From positions 187,426,001 to 187,490,000 of the forward strand of contig OZ024741.1 of NCBI GenBank assembly GCA_964016885.1: 64,000 bases of DNA, read 5' to 3'. Shown here in pieces: positions 1 to 15,000 of this stretch. The stretch is from Eledone cirrhosa. Taxonomy: Eukaryota. The notes beneath the pieces are model-generated. The model was not told the DNA's origin. It saw nothing but the letters and a program-made list of their open reading frames with translations, and ran no database searches. A program made the translations under genes and the position numbers. Numbering within the stretch: position 1 is the first letter of the stretch; the number at the start of each line of letters is the position of its first letter.

Positions 1-3000
1 GTTGATGTTACTGTTGTTGATGTTACTGTTACTGTTGTTGATGTTACTGTTGTTGATGTTACTGTTACTGTTGTTGACGTTACTGTTACTGTTGTTGATG
101 TTACTGTTACTGTTGTTGATGTTACTGTTGTTGATGTTACTGTTACTGTTGTTGATGTTACTGTTGTTGATGTTACTGTTACTGTTGTTGATGTTACTGT
201 TACTGTTGTTGATGTTACTGTTACTGTTGTTGATGTTACTGTTACTGTTGTTGATGTTACTGTTACTGTTGCTGTTGTTACTGTTACTGTTGTTGATGTT
301 ACTGTAACTGTTGTTGATGTTACTGTTACTGTTGTTGATGTTACTTTTATTGTTGTTGATGTTACTGTTACTGTTGTTGATGTTACTGTTGCTGTTGTTA
401 CTGTTACTCTTGTTGATGTTACTGTTACTGTTGTTGATGTTACTGTTGTTGATGTTACTGTTACTGTTGTTGATGTTACTGTTACTGTTGTTGATGTTAC
501 TGTTGTTGATGTTACTGTTACTGTTGTTGATGTTACTGTTACTGTTGTTGATGTTACTGTTGTTGATGTTAGTGTTTTTGATGTTACTGTTACTGTTGTT
601 GATGTTACTGTTACTGTTGTTGATGTTACTGTTACTGTTGTTGATGTTACTGTTACTGTTGTTGATGTTACTGTTGTTTATGTTACTGTTACTGTTGTTG
701 ATGTTACTGTTACTGTTGTTGATGTTACTGTTGTTGATGTTACTGTTACTGTTGTTGATGTTACTGTTACTGTTGTTGATGTTACTGTTACTGTTGTTGA
801 TGTTACTGTTACTGTTGTTGATGTTACTGTTGTTGATGTTACTGTTACTGTTGTTGATGTTACTGTTACTGTTGTTGATGTTACTGTTGTTGATGTTACT
901 GTTACTGTTGTTGATGTTACTGTTACTGTTGTTGATGTTACTGTTGTTGATGTTACTGTTACTGTTGTTGATGTTACTGTTACTGTTGTTGATGTTACTG
1001 TTACTGTTGTTGATGTTACTGTTGTTGATGTTACTGTTACTGTTGTTGATGTTACTGTTACTGTTGCTGTTGTTACTGTTACTGTTGTTGATGTTACTGT
1101 TGTTGATGTTACTGTTACTGTTGTTGATGTTACTGTTGTTGATGTTACTGTTACTGTTGTTGATGTTACTGTTACTGTTGTTGATGTTACTGTTGTTGAT
1201 GTTAATGTTACTGTTGTTGATGTTACTGTTACTGTTGTTGATGTTACTGTTGTTGATGTTACTGTTACTGTTGTTGATGTTACTGTTACTGTTGTTGATG
1301 TTACTGTTGTTGATGTTACTGTTACTGTTGTTGATGTTATTGTTGTTGATGTTACTGTTACTGTTGTTGATGTTACTGTTACTGTTGTTGATGTTACTGT
1401 TGTTGATTTAACTGTTACTGTTGTTGATGTTACTGTTGTTGATGTTTCTGTTACTGTTGTTGATGTTACTGTTACTGTTGTTGATGTTACTGTTGTTGAT
1501 GTTACTGTTACTGTTGTTGATGTTACTGTTACTGTTGTTGATGTTACTGTTGTTGTTGTTGATGTTACTGTTACTGTTGTTGATGTTACTGTTGTTGTTG
1601 TTGATGTTACTGTTACTGTTGTTGATGTTACTGTTGTTGTTGTTACTGTTACTGTTACTGTTGTTGATGTTACTGTTGTTGTTGTTACCGTTAATGTTGT
1701 TGATGTTACTGTTACTGTTGTTGATGTTACTGTTACTGTTGTTGATGTTACTGTTGCTGTTGTTGATGTTACTGCTGTTGATGTTACTGTTACTGTTGTT
1801 GATGTTACTGTTGTTGATGTTACTGTTACTGTTGTTGATGTTACTGTTGTTGATGTTACTGTTACTGTTGTTAATGTTACTGTTACTGTTGTTGATGTTA
1901 CTGTTGTTGATGTTACTGTTGTTGATGTTACTGTTACTTTTGTTGATGTTACTGTTGTTGATGTTACTGTTACTGTTGTTGATGTTACTGTTACTGTTGT
2001 TGATGTTACTGTTGTTGATGTTACTGTTACTGTTGTTGATGTTACTGTTGTTGATGTTACTGTTACTGTTGTTGATGTTACTGTTGTTGTTGTTACTGTT
2101 ACTGTTGTTGATGTTACTGTTGTTGATGTTACTGTTACTGTTGTTGATGTTACTGTTACTGTTGTTGTTGTTAATGTTGTTGTTGTTACTGTTGTTGTTG
2201 TTGATGTTACTGTTACTGTTGTTGATGTTACTGTTGTTGATGTTACTGTTGTTGATGTTACCGTTACTGTTGTTGTTGTTACTGTTGTTGCTGTTGTTGT
2301 TGTTGTGGTGGTGCTGCTGCTGTTGTTGTTGTTGTGTTGGTGGTGCTTTTATGATCGTTGTTGTTGTGGTGGTGCTGCTGTTGTTGTTGTTGTGTCGGTG
2401 GTGCTGTTGTTGTTGTTGTGGTGGTGGTGCTGCTGTGGTGGTGGTGCTGTTGTTGTTGTTGTTGTTGTTTATATTGTTGTTGTTGTCATTAATGGCTGTT
2501 GTTGATGTTGCTGTTGTTGATGTTACTGTTACTGTTGTTGATGTTACTGTTGTTGATGTTGCTGTTGTTACTGTTACTGTTGCTGTTGTTGATGTTACTG
2601 TTGTTGATGTTACTGTTGCTGTTGTTGTGGTTACTGTTGTTGATGTTACTGTTGCTGTTGTTGATGTTACTGTTACTGTTGTTGATGTTACTGTTACTGT
2701 TGTTGTTGATGTTACTGTTGTTGATGTTACTGTTACTGTTGTTGATGTTACTGTTGCTGTTGTTGGTGTTACTGTTGTTGTTGTTGGTGTTACTGTTGTT
2801 GTTGTTGATGTTACTGTTGCTGTTGTTGATGTTACTGTTGCTGTTGTTGATGTTACTGTTACTGTTGTTGCTGTTACCGTTACTGTTGTTGATGTTACTG
2901 TTGCTGTTGTTGGTGTTACTGTTGTTGTTGTTGATGTTACTGTTGCTGTTGTTGATGTTACTGTTGCTGTTGTTGGTGTTACTGTTGTTGTTGTTGATGT

Positions 3001-6000
3001 TACTGTTGTTGTTGTTATTGTTACTGTTGTTGATGTTACTGTTGTTGATGTTAATGTTACTGTTGCTGTTGTTGTTGTTACTGTTGTTGATGTTACTGTT
3101 GTTGATGTTAATGTTACTGTTGTTGATGTTACTGTTGTTGTTGTTACTGTTACTGTTGTTGTTGTTATTGTTACTGTTGTTGATGTTACTGTTGTTGATG
3201 TTGATGTTACTGTTGTTGATGTTACTGTTGTTGTTGTTACTGTTACTGTTGTTGATGTTACTGTTACTGTTGCTGTTGTTACTGTTACTGTTGTTGATGT
3301 TACTGTTACTGTTGTTGTTGTTACTGTTACTGTTGCTGTTGTTGTTGCTGTTACTGTTACTGTTGTTGATGTTACTGTTACTGTTGTTGATGTTACTGTT
3401 GTTGTTGTTGATGTTACTGTTGTTGTTGTTGATGTTACTGTTGTTGATGTTACTGTTACTGTTGTTGATGTTACTGTTGCTGTTGTTACTGTTGCTGTTG
3501 TTACTGTTACTGTTGTTGATGTTACAGTTACTGTTGTTGATGTTACTGTTACTGTTGTTGTTGTTACTGTTACTGTTGTTGATGTTACAGTTACTGTTGT
3601 TGATGTTACTGTTACTGTTGTTGTTGTTACTGTTGCTGTTGTTACTGTTACTGTTGTTGATGTTACTGTTACTGTTGTTGATGTTACTGTTGCTGTTGTT
3701 GATGTTACTGTTGTTATTGTTACCGTTAATGTTGTTGTTGTTACTGTTACTGTTACTGTTGTTGATGTTACTGTTGTTGTTGTTACCGTTAATGTTGTTG
3801 ATGTTACTGTTACTGTTGTTGATGTTACTGTTACTGTTGTTGTTGTTACTGTTGTTGTTGTTGTTGATGTTACTGTTGCTGTTGTTGATGTTACTGTTGT
3901 TGATGTTACTGTTGTTGTTGTTGATGTTACTGTTACTGTTGTTGATGTTACTGTTGTTGTTACTGTTGTTGTTGTTGTTGATGTTACTGTTGCTGTTGTT
4001 GATGTTACTGTTGCTGTTGTTGATGTTACTGTTGTTGATGTTACTGTTGTTGTTGTTGATGTTGTTACTGTTGCTGTTGTTGATGTTACTGTTGTTGATG
4101 TTACTGTTGCTGTTGTTGATGTTACTGTTGTTGATGTTACTGTTGTTGATGTTACTGTTGCTGTTGTTGATGTTACTGTTGTTGATGTTACTGTTGCTGT
4201 TGTTGATGTTACTGTTGTTGTTGTTACTGTTAATGTTGTTGATGTTACTGTTACTGTTGTTGATGTTACTGTTGTTGATGTTACTGTTGTTGTTGTTGCT
4301 GTTGTTACTGTTGCTGTTGTTGATGTTACTGTTGTTGATGTTACTGTTGCTGTTGCTGTTGTTACTGTTGTTGTTGTTGATGTTACTGTTGTTGATGTTA
4401 CTGTTACTGTTGTTGATGTTACTGTGGCTGTTGTTGATGTTACTGTTGTTGATGTTACTGTTGTTGATGTTACTGTTGCTGTTGTTGATGTTACTGTTGT
4501 TGATGTTACTGTTGTTGATGTTACTGTTGCTCTTGTTGATGTTACTGTTGTTGTTGTTACTGTTAATGTTGTTGATGTTACTGTTACTGTTGTTGTTGTT
4601 ACTGTTGCTGTTGTTGATGTTACTGTTGTTGATGTTACTGTTACTGTTGCTGTTGTTACTGTTGCTGTTGTTGATGTTACTGTTACTGTTGTTGATGTTA
4701 CTGTTGCTGTTGTTGATGTTTCTGTTACTGTTGTTGATGTTACTGTTGCTGTTGTTGATGTTACTGTTACTGTTGCTGTTGTTACTGTTGCTGTTGTTGA
4801 TGTTGCTGTTGTTGATGTTACTGTTGCTGTTGTTGATGTTACTGTTACTGTTGTTGATGTTACTGTTACTGTTGCTGTTGTTACTGTTGCTGTTGTTGAT
4901 GTTACTGTTACTGTTGTTGATGTTACTGTTACTGTTGTTGATGTTACTGTTGTTGATGTTACTGTTGTTGATGTTACTGTTACTGTTGCTGTTGTTACTG
5001 TTGCTGTTGTTGATGTTACTGTTACTGTTGTTGATGTTACTGTTACTGTTGCTGTTGTTACTGTTGCTGTTGTTGATGTTACTGTTACTGTTGTTGATGT
5101 TACTGTTACTGTTGCTGTTGTTACTGTTACTGTTGTTGATGTTACTGTTACTGTTGCTGTTGTAACTGTTGCTGTTGTTGATGTTACTGTTACTGTTGTT
5201 GATGTTACTGTTACTGTTGTTGATGTTACTGTTACTGTTGCTGTTGTTACTGTTGTTGTTGCTGTTGCTGTTGTTGATGTTACTGTTACTGTTGTTGATG
5301 TTACTGCTACTGTTGTTGATGTTGCTGTTGCTGTTGTTGATGTTGCTGTTGTTGATGTTACTGTTACTGTTGTTGATGTTACTGTTACTGTTGTTGAAGT
5401 TACTGTTGTTGATGTTACTGTTACTGTTGTTGATGTTACTGTTGCTGTTGTTGAAGTTACTGTTGTTGATGTTACTGTTGCTGTTGTTGATGTTGCTGTT
5501 GTTGATGTTACTGTTACTGTTGTTGATGTTACTGTTACTGTTGTTGATGTTACTGTTACTGTTGTTGAAGTTACTGTTGTTGATGTTACTGTTACTGTTG
5601 TTGATGTTACTGTTGCTGTTGTTGATGTTGCTGTTGTTGATGTTACTGTTACTGTTGTTGATGTTACTGTTACTGTTGTTGATGTTACTGTTACTGTTGT
5701 TGAAGTTACTGTTGTTGATGTTACTGTTACTGTTGTTGATGTTACTGTTGTTGATGTTACTGTTACTCTTGTTGATGTTACTGTTACTGTTGTTGATGTT
5801 ACTGTTGTTGATGTTACTGTTACTGTTGTTGATGTTACTGTTACTGTTGTTGATGTTACTGTTGTTGATGTTACTGTTACTGTTGTTGATGTTACTGTTA
5901 CTGTTGTTGATGTTACTGTTGTTGATGTTACTGTTTTTGATGTTACTGTTACTGTTGTTGATGTTACTGTTACTGTTGTTGATGTTACTGTTGTTGATGT

Positions 6001-9000
6001 TACTGTTACTGTTGTTGATGTTACTGTTACTGTTGTTGATGTTACTGTTGTTGATGTTACTGTTACTGTTGTTGATGTTACTGTTACTGTTGTTGATGTT
6101 ACTATGTGGCTGTTGTTGATGTTATTGTTGTTGATATTGTTGTTGATGTTACTGTTACTGTTGTTGATGTTACTGTTGCTGTTGTTGATGTTACTGTTAC
6201 TGTTGTTGATGTTACTGTTGCTGTTGTTGATGTTACTGTTGTTGATGTTACTGTTATTGTTGTTGATGTTACTGTTGTTGATGTTACTGTTACTGTTGTT
6301 GATGTTACTGTTACTGTTGTTGATGTTACTGTTACTGTTGTTGATGTTACTGTTGCTGTTGTTGATGTTACTGTTGTTGATGTTACTGTTGTTGCTGTTG
6401 ATGTTACTGTTGTTGATGTTACTGTTACTGTTGTTGATGTTACTGTTATTGTTGTTGATGTTGCTGTTGTTGTTGTTACTGTTACTGTTGTTGATGTTAC
6501 TGTTGCTGTTGTTGATGTTACTGTTACTGTTGTTGATGTTACTGTTGCTGTTGTTGATGTTACTGTTGTTGATGTTACTGTTACTGTTGTTGATGTTACT
6601 GTTGCTGTTGTTGTTGTTACTGTTGTTGTTGTTGATGTTACTGTTGCTGTTGTTGTTGTTACTGTTGTTGTTGTTGAAGTTACTGTTGATGTTGTTGTTG
6701 TTGTTACTGTTGCTGTTGTTGATGTTACTGTTACTGTTGTTGATGTTACTGTTGTTGATGTTACTGTTGCTGTTGTTGTTGTTACTGTTGCCGTTGTTAC
6801 TGTTACTGTTGTTGTTGTTGATGTTACTGTTGTTGTTGTTGATGTTACTGTTGTTGTTGTTGATGTTACTGTTGTTGTTGTTGATGTTACTGTTGTTGAT
6901 GTTACTGTTGTTGATGTTACTGTTGCTGTTGTTGTTGTTACGGTTGCTGTTGTTACTGTTACTGTTGTTGATGTTACTGTTGTTGTTGTTGATGTTACTG
7001 TTGTTGTTGTTGATGTTACTGTTACTGTTGTTGATGTTACTGTTACTGTTGTTGTTGTTACTGTTGTTGTTGTTGATGTTACTGTTGCTGTTGTTGTTGT
7101 TACTGTTGCTGTTGTTACTGTTGCTGTTGTTGATGTTACTGTTGTTGTTGTTGATGTTACTGTTACTGTTGTTGATGTTACTGTTACTGTTGTTGTTGTT
7201 ACTGTTGTTGTTGTTGTTGATGTTACTGTTGCTGTTGTTGATGTTACTGTTGTTGATGTTACTGTTGTTGTTGTTGATGTTACTGTTACTGTTGTTGATG
7301 TTACTGTTGTTGTTACTGTTGTTGTTGTTGTTGATGTTACTGTTGCTGTTGTTGATGTTACTGTTGCTGTTGTTGATGTTACTGTTGTTGATGTTACTGT
7401 TGTTGTTGTTGATGTTGTTACTGTTGCTGTTGTTGATGTTACTGTTGTTGATGTTACTGTTGCTGTTGCTGTTGTTACTGTTGTTGTTGTTGATGTTACT
7501 GTTGTTGATGTTACTGTTGTTGATGTTACTGTTGCTGTTGTTGATGTTACTGTTGTTGATGTTACTGTTGCTGTTGTTGATGTTACTGTTGTTGTTGTTA
7601 CTGTTAATGTTGTTGATGTTACTGTTACTGTTGTTGATGTTACTGTTGTTGATGTTACTGTTGTTGTTGTTGCTGTTGTTACTGTTGCTGTTGTTGATGT
7701 TACTGTTGTTGATGTTACTGTTGCTGTTGCTGTTGTTACTGTTGTTGTTGTTGATGTTACTGTTGTTGATGTTACTGTTGTTGATGTTACTGTTGCTGTT
7801 GTTGATGTTACTGTTGTTGATGTTACTGTTGTTGATGTTACTGTTGCTGTTGTTGATGTTACTGTTGTTGATGTTACTGTTGTTGTTGTTGATGTTACTG
7901 TTGTTGATGTTACTGTTGTTGTTGTTGCTGTTGTTACTGTTGCTGTTGTTGATGTTACTGTTGCTGTTGCTGTTGTTACTGTTGTTGTTGTTGATGTTAC
8001 TGTTGTTGATGTTACTGTTGTTGATGTTGCTGTTACTGTTGTTGTTGTTATTGTTACTGTTGTTGATGTTACTGTTGTTGATGTTAATGTTACTGTTGCT
8101 GTTGTTGTTGTTACTGTTGTTGATGTTACTGTTGTTGATGTTAATGTTACTGTTGTTGATGTTACTGTTACTGTTGTTGATGTTACTGTGGCTGTTGTTG
8201 ATGTTACTGTTGTTGATGTTACTGTTGTTGATGTTACTGTTGCTGTTGTTGATGTTACTGTTGTTGATGTTACTGTTGTTGATGTTACTGTTGCTCTTGT
8301 TGATGTTACTGTTGTTGTTGTTACTGTTAATGTTGTTGATGTTACTGTTACTATTGTTGTTGTTACTGTTGCTGTTGTTGATGTTACTGTTGTTGATGTT
8401 ACTGTTACTGTTGCTGTTGTTACTGTTGCTGTTGTTGATGTTACTGTTACTGTTGTTGATGTTACTGTTGCTGTTGTTGATGTTTATGTTACTGTTGTTG
8501 ATGTTACTGTTGCTGTTGTTGATGTTACTGTTACTGTTGCTGTTGTTACTGTTGCTGTTGTTGATGTTGCTGTTGTTGATGTTACTGTTGCTGTTGTTGA
8601 TGTTACTGTTACTGTTGTTGATGTTACTGTTACTGTTGTTGATGTTACTGTTGCTGTTGTTGATGTTACTGTTACTGTTGCTGTTGTTACTGTTGATGTT
8701 GTTGATGTTACTGTTACTGTTGTTGATGTTACTGTTGCTGTTGTTGATGTTACTGTTACTGTTGCTGTTGTTACTGTTGATGTTGTTGATGTTGCTGTTG
8801 TTGATGTTACTGTTGCTGTTGTTGATGTTACTGTTACTGTTGTTGATGTTACTGTTGCTGTTGTTGATGTTACTGTTACTGTTGTTGATGTTACTGTTGC
8901 TGTTGTTGATGTTTCTGTTACTGTTGCTGTTGTTACTGTTGCTGTTGTTGATGTTGCTGTTGTTGATGTTACTGTTACTGTTGTTGATGTTACTGTTACT

Positions 9001-12000
9001 GTTGTTGATGTTACTGTTACTGTTGTTGATGTTACTGTTGCTGTTGTTGATGTTACTGTTACTGTTGCTGTTGTTACTGTTGCTGTTGTTGATGTTACTG
9101 TTACTGTTGCTGTTGTTACTGTTGCTGTTGTTGATGTTACTGTTACTGTTGCTGTTGTTACTGTTGCTGTTGTTGATGTTACTGTTACTGTTGCTGTTGT
9201 TACTGTTGCTGTTGTTGATGTTACTGTTACTGTTGTTGATGTTACTGTTGCTGTTGTTGATGTTACTGTTACTGTTGCTGTTGTTACTGTTGATGTTGTT
9301 GATGTTGCTGTTGTTGATGTTACTGTTGCTGTTGTTGATGTTGCTGTTGTTGATGTTACTGTTACTGTTGTTGATGTTACTGTTGTTGATGTTACTGTTG
9401 CTGTTGTTGATGTTACTGTTACTGTTGTTGATGTTACTGTTGCTGTTGTTGATGTTAATGTTACTGTTGTTGATGTTACTGTTACTGTTGTTGTTGTTAC
9501 TGTTACTGTTGTTGATGTTACTGTTACTGTTGTTGATGTTACTGTTGCTGTTGTTGATGTTACTGTTGCTGTTGTTGATGTTACTGTTGTTGATGTTACT
9601 GTTACTGTTGTTGATGTTACTGTTGTTGATGTTACTGTTGTTGATGTTACTGTTACTGTTGTTGATGTTACTGTTACTGTTGTTGATGTTACTGTTACTG
9701 TTGTTGATGTTACTGTTACTGTTGTTGATGTTACTGTTGTTGATGTTACTGTTACTGTTGTTGATGTTACTGTTACTGTTGTTGATGTTACTGTTGATGA
9801 TGTTACTGTTACTGTTGTTGATGTTACTGTTACTGTTGTTGATGTTACTGTTGTTGATGTTACTGTTACTGTTGTTGATGTTACTGTTACTGTTGTTGAT
9901 GTTACTGTTACTGTTGTTGATGTTACTGTTGTTGATGTTACTGTTACTGTTGTTGATGTTACTGTTACTGTTGCTGTTGTTACTGTTACTGTTGTTGATG
10001 TTACTGTTGTTGATGTTACTGTTACTGTTGTTGATGTTACTGTTACTGTTGTTGATGTTACTGTTACTGTTGTTGATGTTACTGTTGTTGATGTTACTGT
10101 TACTGTTGTTGATGTTACTGTTACTGTTGTTGATGTTACTGTTACTGTTGCTGTTGTAACTGTTGCTGTTGTTGATGTTACTGTTACTGTTGTTGATGTT
10201 ACTGTTGCTGTTGTTGATGTTGCTGTTGTTGATGTTACTGTTACTGTTGTTGATGTTACTGTTGTTGATGTTACTGTTACTGTTGTTGATGTTACTGTTG
10301 TTGATGTTACTGTTACTCTTGTTGATGTTACTGTTACTGTTGTTGATGTTACTGTTGTTGATGTTACTGTTACTGTTGTTGATGTTACTGTTACTGTTGT
10401 TGATGTTACTGTTGTTGATGTTACTGTTACTGTTGTTGATGTTACTGTTACTGTTGTTGATGTTACTGTTGTTGATGTTACTGTTTTTGATGTTACTGTT
10501 ACTGTTGTTGATGTTACTGTTACTGTTGTTGATGTTACTGTTACTGTTGTTGATGTTACTGTTACTGTTGTTGATGTTACTGTTGTTTATGTTACTGTTA
10601 CTGTTGTTGATGTTACTGTTACTGTTGTTGATGTTACTGTTGTTGATGTTACTGTTACTGTTGTTGATGTTACTGTTACTGTTGTTGATGTTACTGTTAC
10701 TGTTGTTGATGTTACTGTTACTGTTGTTGATGTTACTGTTGTTGATGTTACTGTTACTGTTGTTGATGTTACTGTTACTGTTGTTGATGTTACTGTTGTT
10801 GATGTTACTGTTACTGTTGTTGATGTTACTGTTACTGTTGTTGATGTTACTGTTGTTGATGTTACTGTTACTGTTGTTGATGTTACTGTTACTGTTGTTG
10901 ATGTTACTGTTACTGTTGTTGATGTTACTGTTGTTGATGTTACTGTTACTGTTGTTGATGTTACTGTTACTGTTGCTGTTGTTACTGTTACTGTTGTTGA
11001 TGTTACTGTTGTTGATGTTACTGTTACTGTTGTTGATGTTACTGTTACTGTTGTTGATGTTACTGTTACTGTTGTTGATGTTACTGTTGTTGATGTTAAT
11101 GTTACTGTTGTTGATGTTACTGTTACTGTTGTTGATGTTACTGTTGTTGATGTTACTGTTACTGTTGTTGATGTTACTGTTACTGTTGTTGATGTTACTG
11201 TTGTTGATGTTACTGTTACTGTTGTTGATGTTATTGTTGTTGATGTTACTGTTACTGTTGTTGATGTTACTGTTACTGTTGTTGATGTTACTGTTGTTGA
11301 TGTTACTGTTACTGTTGTTGATGTTACTGTTGTTGATGTTACTGTTACTGTTGTTGATGTTACTGTTACTGTTGTTGATGTTACTGTTGTTGATGTTACT
11401 GTTACTGTTGTTGATGTTACTGTTACTGTTGTTGATGTTACTGTTGTTGTTGTTGATGTTACTGTTACTGTTGTTGATGTTACTGTTGTTGTTGTTGATG
11501 TTACTGTTACTGTTGTTGATGTTACTGTTGTTGTTGTTACTGTTACTGTTACTGTTGTTGATGTTACTGTTGTTGTTGTTACCGTTAATGTTGTTGATGT
11601 TACTGTTACTGTTGTTGATGTTACTGTTACTGTTGTTGATGTTACTGTTGCTGTTGTTGATGTTACTGCTGTTGATGTTACTGTTACTGTTGTTGATGTT
11701 ACTGTCGTTGATGTTACTGTTACTGTTGTTGATGTTACTGTTGTTGATGTTACTGTTACTGTTGTTAATGTTACTGTTACTGTTGTTGATGTTACTGTTG
11801 TTGATGTTACTGTTGTTGATGTTACTGTTACTTTTGTTGATGTTACTGTTGTTGATGTTACTGTTACTGTTGTTGATGTTACTGTTACTGTTGTTGATGT
11901 TACTGTTGTTGATGTTACTGTTACTGTTGTTGATGTTACTGTTGTTGATGTTACTGTTACTGTTGTTGATGTTACTGTTGTTGTTGTTACTGTTACTGTT

Positions 12001-15000
12001 GTTGATGTTACTGTTGTTGATGTTACTGTTACTGTTGTTGATGTTACTGTTACTGTTGTTGTTGTTAATGTTGTTGTTGTTACTGTTGTTGTTGTTGATG
12101 TTACTGTTACTGTTGTTGATGTTACTGTTGTTGATGTTACTGTTGTTGATGTTACCGTTACTTTTGTTGTTGTTACTGTTGTTGCTGTTGTTGTTGTTGT
12201 GGTGGTGCTGCTGTCGTCGTTGTTGTTGTGGTGGTGCTGCTGCTGTTGTTGTTGTTGTGTTGGTGGTGCTTTTATGATCGTTGTTGTTGTGGTGGTGCTG
12301 CTGTTGTTGTTGTTGTGTCGGTGGTGCTGTTGTTGTTGTTGTGGTGGTGGTGCTGCTGTGGTGGTGGTGCTGTTGTTGTTGTTGTTGTTGTTTATATTGT
12401 TGTTGTTGTCATTAATGGCTGTTGTTGATGTTGCTGTTGTTGATGTTACTGTTACTGTTGTTGATGTTACTGTTGTTGATGTTGCTGTTGTTACTGTTAC
12501 TGTTGCTGTTGTTGATGTTACTGTTGTTGATGTTACTGTTGCTGTTGTTGTGGTTACTGTTGTTGATGTTACTGTTGCTGTTGTTGATGTTACTGTTACT
12601 GTTGTTGATGTTACTGTTACTGTTGTTGTTGATGTTACTGTTGCTGTTGTTGATGTTACTGTTGCTGTTGTTGCTGTTACCGTTACTGTTGTTGATGTTA
12701 CTGTTGCTGTTGTTGGTGTTACTGTTGTTGTTGTTGATGTTACTGTTGTTGTTGTTGATGTTACTGTTGCTGTTGTTGGTGTTACTGTTGTTGTTGTTGA
12801 TGTTACTGTTGTTGTTGTTATTGTTACTGTTGTTGATGTTACTGTTGTTGATGTTACTGTTACTGTTGTTGATGTTGCTGTTACTGTTGTTGTTGTTATT
12901 GTTACTGTTGTTGATGTTACTGTTGTTGATGTTAATGTTACTGTTGCTGTTGTTGTTGTTACTGTTGTTGATGTTACTGTTGTTGATGTTACTGTTACTG
13001 TTGTTGATGTTACTGTTACTGTTGTTGTTGTTATTGTTACTGTTGTTGATGTTACTGTTGTTGATGTTGATGTTACTGTTGTTGATGTTACTGTTGTTGT
13101 TGTTACTGTTACTGTTATTGATGTTACTGTTACTGTTGCTGTTGTTACTGTTACTGTTGTTGATGTTACTGTTACTGTTGTTGTTGTTACTGTTACTGTT
13201 GCTGTTGTTGTTGATGTTACTGTTACTGTTGTTGATGATACTGTTGCTGTTGTTGTTGTTACTGTTGCTGTTGTTACTGTTACTGTTGTTGATGTTACAG
13301 TTACTGTTGTTGATGTTACTGTTACTGTTGTTGTTGTTACTGTTGCTGTTGTTACTGTTACTGTTGTTGATGTTACTGTTACTGTTGTTGATGTTACTGT
13401 TGCTGTTGTTGATGTTACTGTTGTTATTGTTACCGTTAATGTTGTTGTTGTTGATGTTACTGTTACTGTTGTTGATGTTACTGTTGTTGTTGTTGATGTT
13501 ACTGTTACTGTTGTTGATGTTACTGTTACTGTTGTTGTTGTTACTGTTGCTGTTGTTACTGTTACTGTTGTTGATGTTACTGTTACTGTTGTTGATGTTA
13601 CTGTTGTTGTTGTTGATGTTACTGTTACTGTTGTTGTTGTTACTGTTGTTGTTGTTGTTGATATTACTGTTGCTGTTGTTGATGTTACTGTTGCAGTTGT
13701 TGTTGTTACTGTTGCTGTTGTTGATGTTACTGTTGCTGTTGTTGATGTTACTGTTGTTGTTGTTGATGTTACTGTTACTGTTGTTGATGTTACTGTTGTT
13801 GTTGTTACTGTTACTGTTACTGTTGTTGATGTTACTGTTGCTGTTGTTACTGTTGCTGTTGTTGATGTTACTGTTGAAGTTGTTGATGTTGCTGTTGTTG
13901 ATGTTACTGTTGCTGTTGTTGATGTTACTGTTACTGTTGTTGATGTTACTGTTGTTGATGTTACTGTTACTGTTGTTGATGTTACTGTTGTTGTTGTTGA
14001 TGTTACTGTTACTGTTGTTGATGTTACTGTTGTTGTTGTTGATGTTACTGTTACTGTTGTTGATGTTACTGTTGTTGATGTTACTGTTACTGTTGTTGAT
14101 GTTACTGTTGCTGTTGTTGATGTTACTGTTGTTGTTGTTGATGCTACTGTTACTGTTACTGTTGTTGATGTTACTGTTACTGTTGTTGATGTTACTGTTA
14201 CTGTTGTTGATGTTACTGTTACTGATGTTACTGTTACTGTTGCTGTTGTTGATGTTACTGTTGCTGTTGTTGATGTTAATGTTACTGTTTTTGATGTTAC
14301 TGTTACTGTTGTTGATGTTACTGTTACTGTTGTTGTTGTTGTTGTTACTGTTGCTGTTGTTGATGTTACTGTTGCTGTTGTTGATGTTACTGTTGCTGTT
14401 GTTGATGTTACTGTTACTGTTGTTGATGTTACTGTTACTGTTGTTGATGTTACTGTTACTGTTGTTGTTGTTGTTGTTACTGTTACTGTTGTTGATGTTA
14501 ATGTTACTGTTGTTGATGCTACTGTTACTGTTGTTGATGTTACTGTTACTGTTGTTGTTACTGTTACTGTTATTGATGTTACTGTTACTGTTGTTGATGT
14601 TACTGTTACTGTTGTTGTTGTTACTGTTACTGTTATTGATGTTACTGTTACTGTTGTTGATGTTACTGTTACTGTTGTTGATGTTACTGTTACTGTTGTT
14701 GATGTTACTGTTACTGTTGTTGATGCTACTGTTACTGTTCTTGATGTTACTGTTGCTGTTGTTGATGTTACTGTTGTTGATGTTGCTGTTGTTGTTGTTA
14801 CTGTTACTGTTGTTGTTGTTACTGTTGCTGTTGTTGATGTTACTGTTACTGTTGTTGTTGTTACTGTTGCTGTTGTTGATGTTACTGTTACTGTTGTTGT
14901 TGTTACTGTTACTGTTGTTGTTGTTACTGTTGCTGTTGTTACTGTTACTGTTGTTGATGTTACTGTTACTGTTGTTGTTGTTACTGTTGCTGTTGTTACT

